Positions 9,997 to 19,747 of a DNA stretch of 64,000 nucleotides are shown in pieces. Within the stretch, counting starts at the first letter, position 1; each line of letters opens with the position of its first letter. The notes below the pieces were generated by a model. It was given only the letters and a program-made list of their open reading frames with translations. It was not told where the DNA came from and did not search any database. The position numbers were made by a program, and so were the translations under genes. The DNA is taken from the NCBI GenBank assembly GCA_963751455.1, contig CAVVUN010000001.1:576001-640000 (forward strand). The letters run 5' to 3'. The stretch comes from Nitrospirota bacterium. GTDB taxonomy: Bacteria > Nitrospirota > UBA9217.

Positions 9997-11212
9997 TATT
10001 TGTTCCTATCAGGAGGCAGGAGTTTGTGCCGCCGAATCCGGCCGCATTGCATAATATGATCCCCGGCTTTTGATCGATGGTTTCCGCTGCAAGCCTTAAC
10101 GGCGAAGCGTCTTGTTCCTGTCCGGACAAATTAATGTTCGGCGCGATGAAACCGTCCATTCCCATAATCACCGAGTAGACCACCTGAGCGCCCCCCGCCA
10201 TCCACATCTCATGACCGGTCATCGACTTGGTCGACGATACCCATGGCGTTTTCCCGCCGAACACCTCGTAGATCGAACGCGCTTCGGCCGCGTCTCCTAC
10301 AGGAGTCGAGGTCGCGTGCGCACAAACGTAATCCACTTTGTCCGGAGAAGCTCCGCCTCTCTGAAGACATTCCTTCATACAGCGTTTGATGCCTTCGCCC
10401 GAGGGAACAGCGAGTTTCGATCCGTCGGAGCTGAACGCATAGGCCAGGATCTTTCCCAGAATCTGCGCTCCCCTTTTTTTTGCGAGCTCGTACCGCTCAA
10501 GCGCTACGATTGCCGCTCCTCCGCTCGGCACGAGACCGTCCCTGTCCTTGTCAAACGGCCGGGAGGCCCGTTCCGGGTCGTCCTGCCGGAGGGAAAAAGC
10601 ATTGGTTGCATCGAAGCTGGAAACGGATTCCCAACTGATTTCCTGGGCTCCTCCGCAGAGCACCCTGTCCTGGCGACCGAGCGCGATCAGGTCTCCCCCC
10701 TGGCCTATGGCATGGCTCCCGCTTGCGCAAGCTCCGCTGATCGTCCAGGAGGCTCCGAGAATGCCGAGTATTGTGCTCAGGTTCATTGAAACGGTGGAGT
10801 TCAGCGCCTGGAAAACAAGGCCGGCTCCGATGGGGAAGGTGCTTTTTTCTGCCAGAGTGGTCCGAACCTGCTGAAAATTGGCGATCGTCGAGGAATCGTT
10901 GCCGATGATGAGGCCGGTCCGATCGCTTTGCACGTCGCCGTCGGTCCATCCGGCCATCTGGATCGCTTCACGCGCAGCCGCATAAGTCCAGAGGCCGAAG
11001 TCGGTCATCGTGCGGCATTTTTTACGGTCCAGCTCGCGAGGAACAACAAAATCGCCGATGTGGCCCGTGAGCGCGCTGCGAAACCCAAGCTCTTTCCGGA
11101 CAGGGTCGAATTTGATCCCCGAGCGGCCGTTTTGAAGAGATGCTTTAACTTTTGCTCTGCCGGTGCCAAGGCTCGATACGATACCGATGCCTGTTATCGC
11201 TATTTCATACAT
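9986..11212 (-). CDS. Beta-ketoacyl-ACP synthase (FabB-like)
   Basis: GACASG, HATST, GHEMWMAG, GFGGTN. Confidence 0.92.
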   Translation of the reverse strand: MYEIAITGIGIVSSLGTGRAKVKASLQNGRSGIKFDPVRKELGFRSALTGHIGDFVVPRELDRKKCRTMTDFGLWTYAAAREAIQMAGWTDGDVQSDRTGLIIGNDSSTIANFQQVRTTLAEKSTFPIGAGLVFQALNSTVSMNLSTILGILGASWTISGACASGSHAIGQGGDLIALGRQDRVLCGGAQEISWESVSSFDATNAFSLRQDDPERASRPFDKDRDGLVPSGGAAIVALERYELAKKRGAQILGKILAYAFSSDGSKLAVPSGEGIKRCMKECLQRGGASPDKVDYVCAHATSTPVGDAAEARSIYEVFGGKTPWVSSTKSMTGHEMWMAGGAQVVYSVIMGMDGFIAPNINLSGQEQDASPLRLAAETIDQKPGIILCNAAGFGGTNSCLLIGTNSAL

Positions 11213-11245
11213 AAAGATTCAATGTAAAACGGACGAACATCCGTC

Positions 11246-11983
11246 TCACATATATATGCCCCCATTGATGCCGATGACTTGACCGACGATATATGATGCG
11301 TTGTCGGAACAAAGAAATTCGACCACTGCCGCAACCTCATCAGGCTTACCGAAGCGCCCGGCTGGAATAGAGGGCAATATTCTGTCGACCGGGAGGTCTT
11401 TCGTCATATCGGTCTCAATAAAACCCGGCGCAACGCAATTAACAATAATGCCCCGTTTGCAGACTTCGGCGGCAAGCGACTTTGTGGCGCCGATCAGCCC
11501 TGCCTTGGCTGCGGAATAGTTTACTTGCCCGGCAAGGCCGCTTTGTCCGGCTGTAGAAGCGATATTAATAATGCGGCCCGAACGCCTTTTCATCATCCCT
11601 ACCAGGACGGCCTTGGTCACGAAAAAAAAACCGAGAAGATTTACATTCGTGACGCTTTCCCAATCCTGGCGCGTCATCCACATCATGAGCGTATCCTTGG
11701 TAAGACCGGCATTATTGACGAGGACATTGGGAACGGACTTGGCAAGCATGGGTTCCAGGGTTTCAAAGACGCTTTTCTCATCGCAAACGTCGAATGGAAG
11801 CAGAACACATTCCCTTCCCAGGCCGTTTATTTCTTCCTGTATCTTTTTTGCTGCTTCGTGGTTACTGTGATAATTGACCCAGATATCATAGCCCGCCCTG
11901 GCAAGACGCAGAGCGATGGCGGCGCCAAGCCCCCTGCTGGCGCCTGTAATAAGTGCTGTTCGGCGATGGTTGTCTTCGCTCAT
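11246..11983 (-). CDS. fabG: 3-oxoacyl-ACP reductase
   Basis: TGASRGLG, NNAG, YSAAK; start moved to ATG 11983, which has a GGGGGA RBS, rather than 12064. Confidence 0.9.
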   Translation of the reverse strand: MSEDNHRRTALITGASRGLGAAIALRLARAGYDIWVNYHSNHEAAKKIQEEINGLGRECVLLPFDVCDEKSVFETLEPMLAKSVPNVLVNNAGLTKDTLMMWMTRQDWESVTNVNLLGFFFVTKAVLVGMMKRRSGRIINIASTAGQSGLAGQVNYSAAKAGLIGATKSLAAEVCKRGIIVNCVAPGFIETDMTKDLPVDRILPSIPAGRFGKPDEVAAVVEFLCSDNASYIVGQVIGINGGIYM

Positions 11984-12488
11984 TATTCCCCCGGATCTGA
12001 GACGTCCTTGCAACTTACTTCGACAAGTACAACGTCGTCCATTACAAAGGTCCTGATCTGTCACAAAGGCGTATAAATTGAAACAAATTGAAACCTTATA
12101 ATACCTTCATCACCATATTTTTGTCAATTCATATTTTCCAAAGGATATTAAGTTGACTTTACTCTGAGGCTTCAAAGGAGGCGTAATGAAAAGTTTTATG
12201 AACGTTGCACGAATTTTCAACGTCATCACAATAATGTTTAGACATATTCGCAGTCTGATAAGCTCATATTTACTTTCGTCCGCTATTCAATTCACTAGAT
12301 TTCAGTCATCCACGGGTTCTTCAACCCCGGCTATTGGGACCGTTTATAATTATTTGACAAACCGATCCGGACAAATTATTATCATCCGGATTTGAAAGAA
12401 TAGGGACTGACCCCTTTATACCTTCTTGCAAACGCGTTCGCGAATATATATATATGTAAACCTCGATCGGTAACAAAGCGAATACGTA

Positions 12489-12517
12489 TTGCACTTTTTT
12501 TCAATAAATGCTATATA
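12489..12517 (+). promoter_or_regulatory. Putative sigma70 promoter of the dar operon
   Basis: TTGCAC-17bp-TATATA with an extended TG; overlaps the track ATG at 12508, so the real start is probably GTG 12550. Confidence 0.45.
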
Positions 12518-12549
12518 ATTTCGATTGCAGATGGAAGGTGGATTGGCCT

Positions 12550-13533
12550 GTGCCCCGGTCGGGATTCGATTCTAAGTCAAAATATAAAAAACGCGTTCTT
12601 GTCTTACATTATTCCCAAACCGGTCAGCTTAATTCAGCCCTGCGCAAGATGATGACGCCGCTGGAGGAGCTGCCTGATCTAGAGCTGATTTGGGAAGAGC
12701 TTAAGCCTGTCAAGCCATACCCCTTTCCCTGGCCTGTTTTCGATTTTTTCGAGGTATTCCCCGAATCCGTGCATATGGATGCGCCGGACCTGCAGCCTGT
12801 TGCCTTTGATCCGGACGGGAGGTTCGACCTCGTGATCATGGCCTATCAGGTATGGTTTTTGTCCCCGTCATTGCCTGTGACCGGCTTTCTTAAATCCGGG
12901 GCAGCGCGGGTCCTTCAAGGAAAGCCTGTCGTTACCCTTATCGTATGCAGGAACATGTGGCTTACGGCCCAGGAAAAGATGAAGGGCCTGATTGCATCAA
13001 ATGGCGGACATCTTATAGACAATGTGGTTCTTGTGGACCGGGGCGCACCGTGGACCACGTTTGTAACAACTCCGCGCTGGCTGTTGACCGGAAAGAAAAA
13101 CGGCTTTTGGGGTATATTCCCTCCCGCAGGAGTAAGCCGGGAAGACATTGACGGTGCGGCAAGGTTCGGCAGGGCGCTTGCGGATGGGCTCAGCAAACTG
13201 GAGGGAAGGCCTCCTTATGCATCTTTACTGAACGGTCTCGGCGCTGTCCGGGTAAACCCCGGGTATATCATGGGTGAAAAGATAGCCCACAGGAGTTTCT
13301 ATATCTGGGGGAAGCTGCTTAAGAGCGTGGGTGGTCCGGGTACTCTGCGGCGAAGGATTATGCTTCTGGTGTATATTGTCTTCCTGGTAACTATGATACT
13401 TACCGTGCTTCCGTTGAGCATAGTTGTCCGGGCTGTTTTAAGGCCTTTTTTTCGCCGAAAACTCGACGCGGAGGTTGCAAGGCTGGAGGGTCCATCAGGT
13501 TCTTCTCTCGAGCGTATAATTTTGTATGAATAA
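12550..13533 (+). CDS. darA: Dialkylresorcinol condensing enzyme
   Basis: VLVLHYSQTGQL, YPFPW..FFEVFPE, YQVWFLSPSLP, CRNMW are DarA hallmarks; start uncertain (12508-12550). Confidence 0.9.
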   Translation: MPRSGFDSKSKYKKRVLVLHYSQTGQLNSALRKMMTPLEELPDLELIWEELKPVKPYPFPWPVFDFFEVFPESVHMDAPDLQPVAFDPDGRFDLVIMAYQVWFLSPSLPVTGFLKSGAARVLQGKPVVTLIVCRNMWLTAQEKMKGLIASNGGHLIDNVVLVDRGAPWTTFVTTPRWLLTGKKNGFWGIFPPAGVSREDIDGAARFGRALADGLSKLEGRPPYASLLNGLGAVRVNPGYIMGEKIAHRSFYIWGKLLKSVGGPGTLRRRIMLLVYIVFLVTMILTVLPLSIVVRAVLRPFFRRKLDAEVARLEGPSGSSLERIILYE

Positions 13534-14695
13534 TGAAAACTGTTTGACGAATAAAGTTTTTATTGCAGATATAGCGTCCTTTTTGCCGAATGCGCCGGTC
13601 GTGAACGACAAGATTGAGGATGTCCTCGGCATGGTTGACGGGCAGAAGTCGCGCTCTCGCAGGATTGTCCTCAGGAGCAACGGGATAATAACGCGCCATT
13701 ATGCCATTGATCCGACATCCGGAAAATTCACTCACAACAACGCAAAGATGACCGCTGAGGCTGTGCGCGAATTATTAAAAAAAAGCAGTGTCAGGCTGGA
13801 TGAAATAGATTGCCTCAGTTGCGGAACTTCGAGTCCCGATCAGTTGCAGCCCGCGCACGGCTGCATGGTCCAGGGCGAGCTCTCCATGCCGCCAACAGAG
13901 GTTGCGACGACATCGGGCGTCTGTCTTTCCGGGATCACGGCAATGAAGTATGCGTACACGAGCATAGCATCAGGGATGACCGGCTCCGCTGTCGCAACCG
14001 GGTCGGAGTTTGCGTCGAGCGCAATGCGGTCTTCATACTTCGAAACAGATGACCCGGCAAAGTACGAAGAGTTGAAAAATAAACCGTCCCTTGCCTTTGA
14101 AAAAGACTTCCTCAGATGGATGCTCTCCGACGGCGCCGGCGCAGCGCTTTTGACGAACAAACCGAACTCCGGCCGCACCTCTCTTCGCATAGACTGGATC
14201 GACATCCTTTCTTTTTCAGGAAACCTGCCGGTGTGCATGTATGCCGGCGGCGTCAAACGTGAAGACGGCTCCTTCGAAGGAATGCGTGAAGTTGACGATC
14301 CCCAAAAGCTGCTGAAGGAGCATTACCTCGTATTGAAGCAGGATGCACGCATCCTTGACGAGCATATTCTACCCGTGTCGGCACAAACCCTTGTGACTAT
14401 TGCGGCAAAACGAGGTCTCCAACCGGACGAAATCACGTGGTTCCTGCCGCACTATTCGTCGGAATATTTCAGGACAGGGCTTCATGACGCATTTGCGGAT
14501 GGCGGTTTCCCTATTCCGTTCGAAAAATGGTTCACCAATCTTCCCGTAAAAGGGAATGTGGGGGCCGCCTCTATCTATCTTATCATTGAAGAACTTTTTT
14601 ACTCGGGACGCCTCAAACCGGGGGACCGTCTTCTCTGCTACATCCCGGAGAGCGCCCGCTTTTCTATCGGATACATGTTGTTGACGGTAGTATAA
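13526..14695 (+). CDS. darB: DarB/StlD-family ketosynthase (KAS III-like)
   Basis: GVCLSG, FEKDFLRWMLSDGAGA, PHYSS, GNVGAAS, PESARF; overlaps darA. Confidence 0.9.
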   Translation: MNNENCLTNKVFIADIASFLPNAPVVNDKIEDVLGMVDGQKSRSRRIVLRSNGIITRHYAIDPTSGKFTHNNAKMTAEAVRELLKKSSVRLDEIDCLSCGTSSPDQLQPAHGCMVQGELSMPPTEVATTSGVCLSGITAMKYAYTSIASGMTGSAVATGSEFASSAMRSSYFETDDPAKYEELKNKPSLAFEKDFLRWMLSDGAGAALLTNKPNSGRTSLRIDWIDILSFSGNLPVCMYAGGVKREDGSFEGMREVDDPQKLLKEHYLVLKQDARILDEHILPVSAQTLVTIAAKRGLQPDEITWFLPHYSSEYFRTGLHDAFADGGFPIPFEKWFTNLPVKGNVGAASIYLIIEELFYSGRLKPGDRLLCYIPESARFSIGYMLLTVV

Positions 14696-14719
14696 AAATA
14701 AGAAACCAGGAAACGAGAG

Positions 14720-15133
14720 ATGAAAGCCAAAGACGTGCCTCAGGAAGAATGGATTACAGGTCACGGCCGCCGGGCGTGCTATGCCGAGGATGACAGCGGC
14801 AGATATGTCGTTGTGCCGAGCAAGGGATGGGAGGTCGAGAAAATCGTCAATGCCCAGGCCCATGCTGAAATCCAGCGCAGGCTTGAAGAGGTGAAGCGAG
14901 AAGTGGCTGCGGGCAAGGCAAGTCCCCTGAAATATCACATGGAAAATAACATGATGGACGTCGCCCTCCTTGCCGCGACATCCGGGTTCTGGAAATGCCA
15001 GGTCAGAAGGCATCTTCAGCCCGGGCGTTTTAACGCTCTTGACAACAAGTCCTTGGAGCTTTACGCAAAGATCTTTCGCATTTCAGTAGCGGACCTTCGG
15101 AAACTCCCTTCCGGAGAAGGGAGTTCATCATAA
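14720..15133 (+). CDS. Conserved hypothetical protein of dar clusters
   Basis: VPQE..YAEDDSGRY..S.GWEVE..SPL.YHM pattern; lies between darB and the BtrH-like gene. Confidence 0.7.
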   Translation: MKAKDVPQEEWITGHGRRACYAEDDSGRYVVVPSKGWEVEKIVNAQAHAEIQRRLEEVKREVAAGKASPLKYHMENNMMDVALLAATSGFWKCQVRRHLQPGRFNALDNKSLELYAKIFRISVADLRKLPSGEGSSS

Positions 15134-16135
15134 TTGTCTAAAACCTTTGAACACCGCCATTCCGGACACTGTGAATCCGGGGCGCTGTCCGCCCTTCTCA
15201 GGGACAGAGGCCTTGATCTGAGCGAGCCGATGGTCTTCGGACTCTCCGGAGGCGTCTTTTTTGTGCACGTCCCCTTCCTCAAGATGGGCGGTATACCGCT
15301 GACGGCTTACCGGGACGCCCCCGGCGCCATTGTAAAAAAAGCCTGCAAGCGGCTTGCTATCGGAGTGAAGACGATGCGTTTCCGCGATGAGGCTGAAGGA
15401 ATGGAAACACTCGATTCCCTGCTGGCGAATGGGATGTCGGTCGGACTCAGGACCAACGTGTATTGGCTTCCGTATTTCCCGAGAGAAATGCGCTTTCAGT
15501 TTAACGCCCACCATCTCGTTGTGTTCGGCAAGGAAGGCGACGATTACCTGATAAGCGATCCGGTCTTTGACCACATCGTGAAGTGCCCGGCCGCCGATCT
15601 TAGGCGGGCGCGTTTTGCGAAAGGCATCTTTGCGCCGAAGGGCCATCTGTTCTATCCTGTTTCCATTCCGGCCTCGTTCGACATGAAAACTGCAGTCAGG
15701 AAGAGCTTGCGCGAAAGCTGCAAACGCATGACCTCGATACCCCTCCCGTTTTTCGGGATCCGGGGCATGCACTACCTGGCGCGCGAGTTCAGGAGATGGC
15801 CGGTAAAAATGGACGCTGCAAAGGCCGTCCTTAATGTCGGTTCAGTGGTTCGCATGCAGGAAGAGATCGGCACCGGCGGGGCGGGCTTCCGTTTCATGTA
15901 TGCCGCTTTTTTGCAGGAGGCCTCGGAGACCATGGGCCTCCCTGCGCTAAAAGAAGCCTCCAAAATGATGGGTGAGACCGGGGACCGCTGGAGGGCCTTT
16001 GCCGTAAAAGGCGCCCAACTCTGCAAAGGCCACATCAGCGGGAACGAAGTTTTCAATGAACTTTCCGATATGCTGAAAGATTGCGCGGACAGGGAAAAGA
16101 AAATCTACGCTCTTATACTCAAGATGATCGCATGA
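15134..16135 (+). CDS. BtrH N-terminal-domain (papain-like) acyltransferase/peptidase
   Basis: HCESGA catalytic Cys, FNAHH, SDP, EEIGTGGAGFRFMYAAFLQEA. Confidence 0.85.
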   Translation: MSKTFEHRHSGHCESGALSALLRDRGLDLSEPMVFGLSGGVFFVHVPFLKMGGIPLTAYRDAPGAIVKKACKRLAIGVKTMRFRDEAEGMETLDSLLANGMSVGLRTNVYWLPYFPREMRFQFNAHHLVVFGKEGDDYLISDPVFDHIVKCPAADLRRARFAKGIFAPKGHLFYPVSIPASFDMKTAVRKSLRESCKRMTSIPLPFFGIRGMHYLAREFRRWPVKMDAAKAVLNVGSVVRMQEEIGTGGAGFRFMYAAFLQEASETMGLPALKEASKMMGETGDRWRAFAVKGAQLCKGHISGNEVFNELSDMLKDCADREKKIYALILKMIA

Positions 16136-16139
16136 CCGG

Positions 16140-16406
16140 TTATCCCGGCTGAATCGCGTCCGCAAGGGCGTTCACGGATTTTATGATCCGCATGGCCTCC
16201 TTGCTGTCGTGTATCTGCAGGCCGTATTCCAGCTTCAACGCCACGCACAATTCGAGGGTGTCCAGGGAGTCAAGGCCCAGGACTGAATCCTGGCCTAAAA
16301 GGGGCAAGTCGTCCTGCACGGATTCGGGAGCGGCATCGATCCGGCATGTTTGTAAAATCAGCTTCTTTATCTTCAGCTTAAATTCAGTATCCTGCGAACC
16401 CTTCAT
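16140..16406 (-). CDS. Acyl carrier protein (DarC-like)
   Basis: LGLDSLDTLE, 88 aa, GAGGAGG RBS. Confidence 0.88.
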   Translation of the reverse strand: MKGSQDTEFKLKIKKLILQTCRIDAAPESVQDDLPLLGQDSVLGLDSLDTLELCVALKLEYGLQIHDSKEAMRIIKSVNALADAIQPG

Positions 16407-16475
16407 TACTGTAAAACCTCCTCATTTTTGCGATTCTCGCAATACGCCTTACCACAAAGCACACACGCAATCTTC

Positions 16476-16681
16476 GTAATATTCAGCTTCTTTCAGAGCG
16501 ACCTTAAGACAAATCTGAGAAAAAACTTCTATCCGCAGATTTCACAGATGGACGCAGATTTTAAAACCAGAGTTCGGGTTTTGTTTTGCCTTGCGAAATC
16601 TGCCTGCACCCGGCGCTTACGAGTGCCCGCGCGAGTGCAGGGTGCGTAATCTCTGGATAAAAAAATGACCTGAGTAGTTAG
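16476..16681. mobile_element. MITE copy 1, with a nested 42-bp insertion
   Basis: Ends GTAATATTCAG...CTGAGTAGTTAG, flanked by AATCTTC direct repeats; internal GCAGATT/AATCTGC arms; homologous to 18928 and 62857. Confidence 0.75.
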
Positions 16682-16704
16682 AAATCTTCAAGCATTAAAT
16701 AACA

Positions 16705-17952
16705 TCAGGAACGGCTCGTGATGGTCCTGAACCGCCAGACCGCGACGGACGCACAAACAACGGAAAAAGCGATAAGGGCCAGCGCCTCCGGCATTACGTC
16801 CCGTACGGTTCCGTTGCGTACGAAAATATCAAGGAAGCCCTCAAGTCCCCAGGACATCGGAGATATTACGCTCAACTTTTGCATGAAAGACGGCATCTCG
16901 AACGTGGGTACCATCACCCCGCCGAGCGCCCCGAAGATAATGGAGGAAGTCCCGCCAAAGGTAGTGGCCTGCTCAACGGTTTTGCAAAAGGTGGAAACCA
17001 TGAGGCCGTAGCTTACGGCCGCAACGCTTGCGCCGCAGGCAAGGACCGCCAGCGCCCCCGGAGAGTTCCCTATGACCAGCGATTCCCCGCCCAAAAGAGG
17101 CACAATATACATTCCGACAAAGAGCATCAGTATCAGCTGGGCCTGGTTTATGAAGAAGAAGGGAATGGCCTTGCCCATCACTATTGCCCATGCAGGCACA
17201 GGCATGGACATGACCCTGACCAGGCTTCCCTGCTGACGTTCCTTGATAAAGGCCACGGAAAGAGGGATTACTATAAAAAACATCGCAAAGAGAGACCAGC
17301 CCGGCACACTTTGCTGGACCGAAGTCGGCATCTCCGCGTTTTCCCCTGAAATGTTTTCCGCCTTCAAGTCGGCAAATATGCGGGTCTTTTTAATGTCCTG
17401 CGCCACGGCGGAATTTCCAAAAGGCATTGCTGCCGCGACTGAAATCAGTCTGTCGGCCAGGAGCTTCAATTCCACTCCCAGGACTGTCTGGTTGACGACC
17501 GAGATTATGAGGTTTCGGTGGTCGGCCCGCATCGCGGGGTCAACGAGCACGCGCACGTTTACGGTCTGCAATCCCGCTTTCGGCGACTTTCCACCCATTT
17601 CCCGGCCTGCGGTCCGGGTGGACCCCTCCGGGATAATGATCCCGAACTTGTATACGCCGGCGGCTATGTCTTTCTTTATTTGGGCCTCGTCAATGCCCTC
17701 GGCCTTTTTCACATTTATGTTTTTGACTTCGGAAACCCCTTTGACAATGGCCTTCCCCACCTTGCCGCCGTCCAAATCCAGTATTGCTCCGTTGAAGACA
17801 GCACCGCCGCCCTTTTCCTTGAAAACGTTCTGAAGGGCCAGGGACATGATGAGCACAAAGGCAAGAGGCATGGCAAACAGGATCAGAAGTGCCTCCCTGT
17901 CCCTGAAAATGATCTTTACTTCCTTTGTTATCGATGCCAGGAGTTTTTCCAC
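16705..17952 (-). CDS. ABC-2 type exporter permease
   Basis: N-terminal TM, large loop, ERQQGSL, six-TM C-domain, ISPMSW. Confidence 0.88.
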   Translation of the reverse strand: MEKLLASITKEVKIIFRDREALLILFAMPLAFVLIMSLALQNVFKEKGGGAVFNGAILDLDGGKVGKAIVKGVSEVKNINVKKAEGIDEAQIKKDIAAGVYKFGIIIPEGSTRTAGREMGGKSPKAGLQTVNVRVLVDPAMRADHRNLIISVVNQTVLGVELKLLADRLISVAAAMPFGNSAVAQDIKKTRIFADLKAENISGENAEMPTSVQQSVPGWSLFAMFFIVIPLSVAFIKERQQGSLVRVMSMPVPAWAIVMGKAIPFFFINQAQLILMLFVGMYIVPLLGGESLVIGNSPGALAVLACGASVAAVSYGLMVSTFCKTVEQATTFGGTSSIIFGALGGVMVPTFEMPSFMQKLSVISPMSWGLEGFLDIFVRNGTVRDVMPEALALIAFSVVCASVAVWRFRTITSRS

Positions 17953-17961
17953 TGCAAGCCC

Positions 17962-18915
17962 CTATTCGCGAACGACCGTTCCCGTGAGCGACATGAAGAA
18001 TTGTTCGAGATTCGCCGCACCGTGCACAAGCGACAGTATGCCTATGCCGCGGTGTTCAAACAGCGCTATAACGTCCGCAATGGTCCTGGTCGGCGCACGG
18101 CTTATCAACGTGAGCGTCTTGTCTTTACATCCAACCATGGATACGCTGGGCAGGGCCATGAGCTGCTTCTCCACTGCTTCTGAAATCCGTGCGTCGGTCT
18201 TTATTTCTATAACGCCTTGCCCATGACGTGCGAGAAGTTCAGCTACCTTTCCCGTCGAGATAATCTTTCCCCTGTCCATGATGGCTATCTCTTCGCACAG
18301 ATATTCGACCTCTTCCATATAATGGCTCGTGTATACGATGGTCATCCCGTCCGCGTTCATATGCTTCAGGCTTTCATAAATGAAGTGCCTGGACTGGGGG
18401 TCTATGCCGACCGTGGGCTCATCAAGAAAAAGTATCTGCGGGCTGTGAATGAGGCCGACCGCAAGGCTCAAGCGGCGTTTTAACCCGCCGGAGAAGGTGT
18501 CGACGCGTTTTTCCGCCAGGTTGTTCATGTTGGCTACATCAAGGCAGCAATCAATTCTTTCGCTGAGGTAAGCGCCCTTTAGTCCCTGCATTTTTCCGAA
18601 AAATTTCAGGTTCTCACGAGCGGTCAGTGTGGGATACAAGGCTATGTCCTGCGGCACATACCCTATTGTCCCCTTGATCTTTGCTATGCCGTCTTTTGTA
18701 GAAATGCCGGATATGAAAACGTCTCCTGAGTCCGGTCTGAGCAGGGTGCAGAGGATCGACAACATCGTCGTCTTTCCCGCGCCGTTGGGGCCGAGAAGGC
18801 CGAAGAAGCTGCCTTTCCGCACGGAAAGGGTTATTCCATCCACAGCTGGCTTGTCGGACCCTGTGTACGTCTTGTAGACGGATGATATCTCTATTATGTT
18901 TTGCGAATTAAACAT
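17962..18915 (-). CDS. ABC transporter ATP-binding protein
   Basis: GPNGAGKT, FSGG, LDEPT, SHYMEE. Confidence 0.92.
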   Translation of the reverse strand: MFNSQNIIEISSVYKTYTGSDKPAVDGITLSVRKGSFFGLLGPNGAGKTTMLSILCTLLRPDSGDVFISGISTKDGIAKIKGTIGYVPQDIALYPTLTARENLKFFGKMQGLKGAYLSERIDCCLDVANMNNLAEKRVDTFSGGLKRRLSLAVGLIHSPQILFLDEPTVGIDPQSRHFIYESLKHMNADGMTIVYTSHYMEEVEYLCEEIAIMDRGKIISTGKVAELLARHGQGVIEIKTDARISEAVEKQLMALPSVSMVGCKDKTLTLISRAPTRTIADVIALFEHRGIGILSLVHGAANLEQFFMSLTGTVVRE

Positions 18916-18927
18916 CTATATAAATTC

Positions 18928-19079
18928 GTAACCATTCAGCTTCTTTTCAGAACGGCATTAAGACAAATCTGAGAAAAAACCCTTCTATCCGCAGATTTCG
19001 CAGATTTACGCAGATTTTAACCGGAATTCTGGTTTTGTTTTTATCTGCGAAATCTGCGTAATCTGCGGATAAAAAAATG
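18928..19079. mobile_element. MITE copy 2 (right end missing)
   Basis: Near-identical to copies 1 and 3 from GTAACCATTCAG to GATAAAAAAATG. Confidence 0.72.
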
Positions 19080-19171
19080 CAGCGCTGCTTATTGTACCTC
19101 ACGAGGGTCATGGGCGTCAACTTTGCGTTCGCGAGGTAAGAACCGGACAGAGTACGTTTCGGCTGCACGCA

Positions 19172-19747
19172 TTAACTACGAATTTTCTTAAGCAGCCAGC
19201 TCATATTCTTACCGAGGTTTTTCATCGTTTGCACGCCTTCCGTATCGTTGTTCACCTCGCCCGGCTGGCGACCGATGCCGATATTCCAGTATGTCGACCC
19301 GGGAATGATCATTCCGCTTATCGAGAAAAAATAATTGAGAGAATTAAAAACATTGATGGCTCCGGCGCGCCTCACCGCGACAACCGCTGCTCCTGCTTTT
19401 CGGGTGTACATATCGGTATTCGCTCGGCCGACCATGCCGGCCCGTTCAATAAGCGCCTTCATGGACGCCGAAACATCGGCAAAGTACGTCGGTGAACCGA
19501 GCAAAATGCCGTCGGCATCGATCATTTTTTCGATGCACTCATTCACGATGTCTTTTTCCACGTTGCACCGCTGGTTCTTTTTCTCGAAGCACTTGAAGCA
19601 TCCGATGCAACCCTGGATCGGTTTTCCCGCCAGGCTGTACAGCTCCGTCTCGACACCTTCGTTCTTCAGTTCATCCAGAACGAGATTGAGCAGAATAGCG
19701 GTGTTCCCCTCTTTCCGCGCGCTGCCGTTAAATGCAATTACCTTCAT
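19172..19747 (-). CDS. Iron-sulfur flavoprotein / NADPH-dependent FMN reductase family
   Basis: GSARKEGNT, CIGCFKC-x7-C, GSPTYF. Confidence 0.88.
   Translation of the reverse strand: MKVIAFNGSARKEGNTAILLNLVLDELKNEGVETELYSLAGKPIQGCIGCFKCFEKKNQRCNVEKDIVNECIEKMIDADGILLGSPTYFADVSASMKALIERAGMVGRANTDMYTRKAGAAVVAVRRAGAINVFNSLNYFFSISGMIIPGSTYWNIGIGRQPGEVNNDTEGVQTMKNLGKNMSWLLKKIRS

Noticed and set aside
42-11983. Calling the cluster a ladderane pathway
   Set aside because: Gene-content resemblance only; similar clusters occur in non-anammox bacteria and the product cannot be read from sequence
18947-19168. Small ORFs over MITE copies (also 16428..16649)
   Set aside because: Translations of repeat DNA
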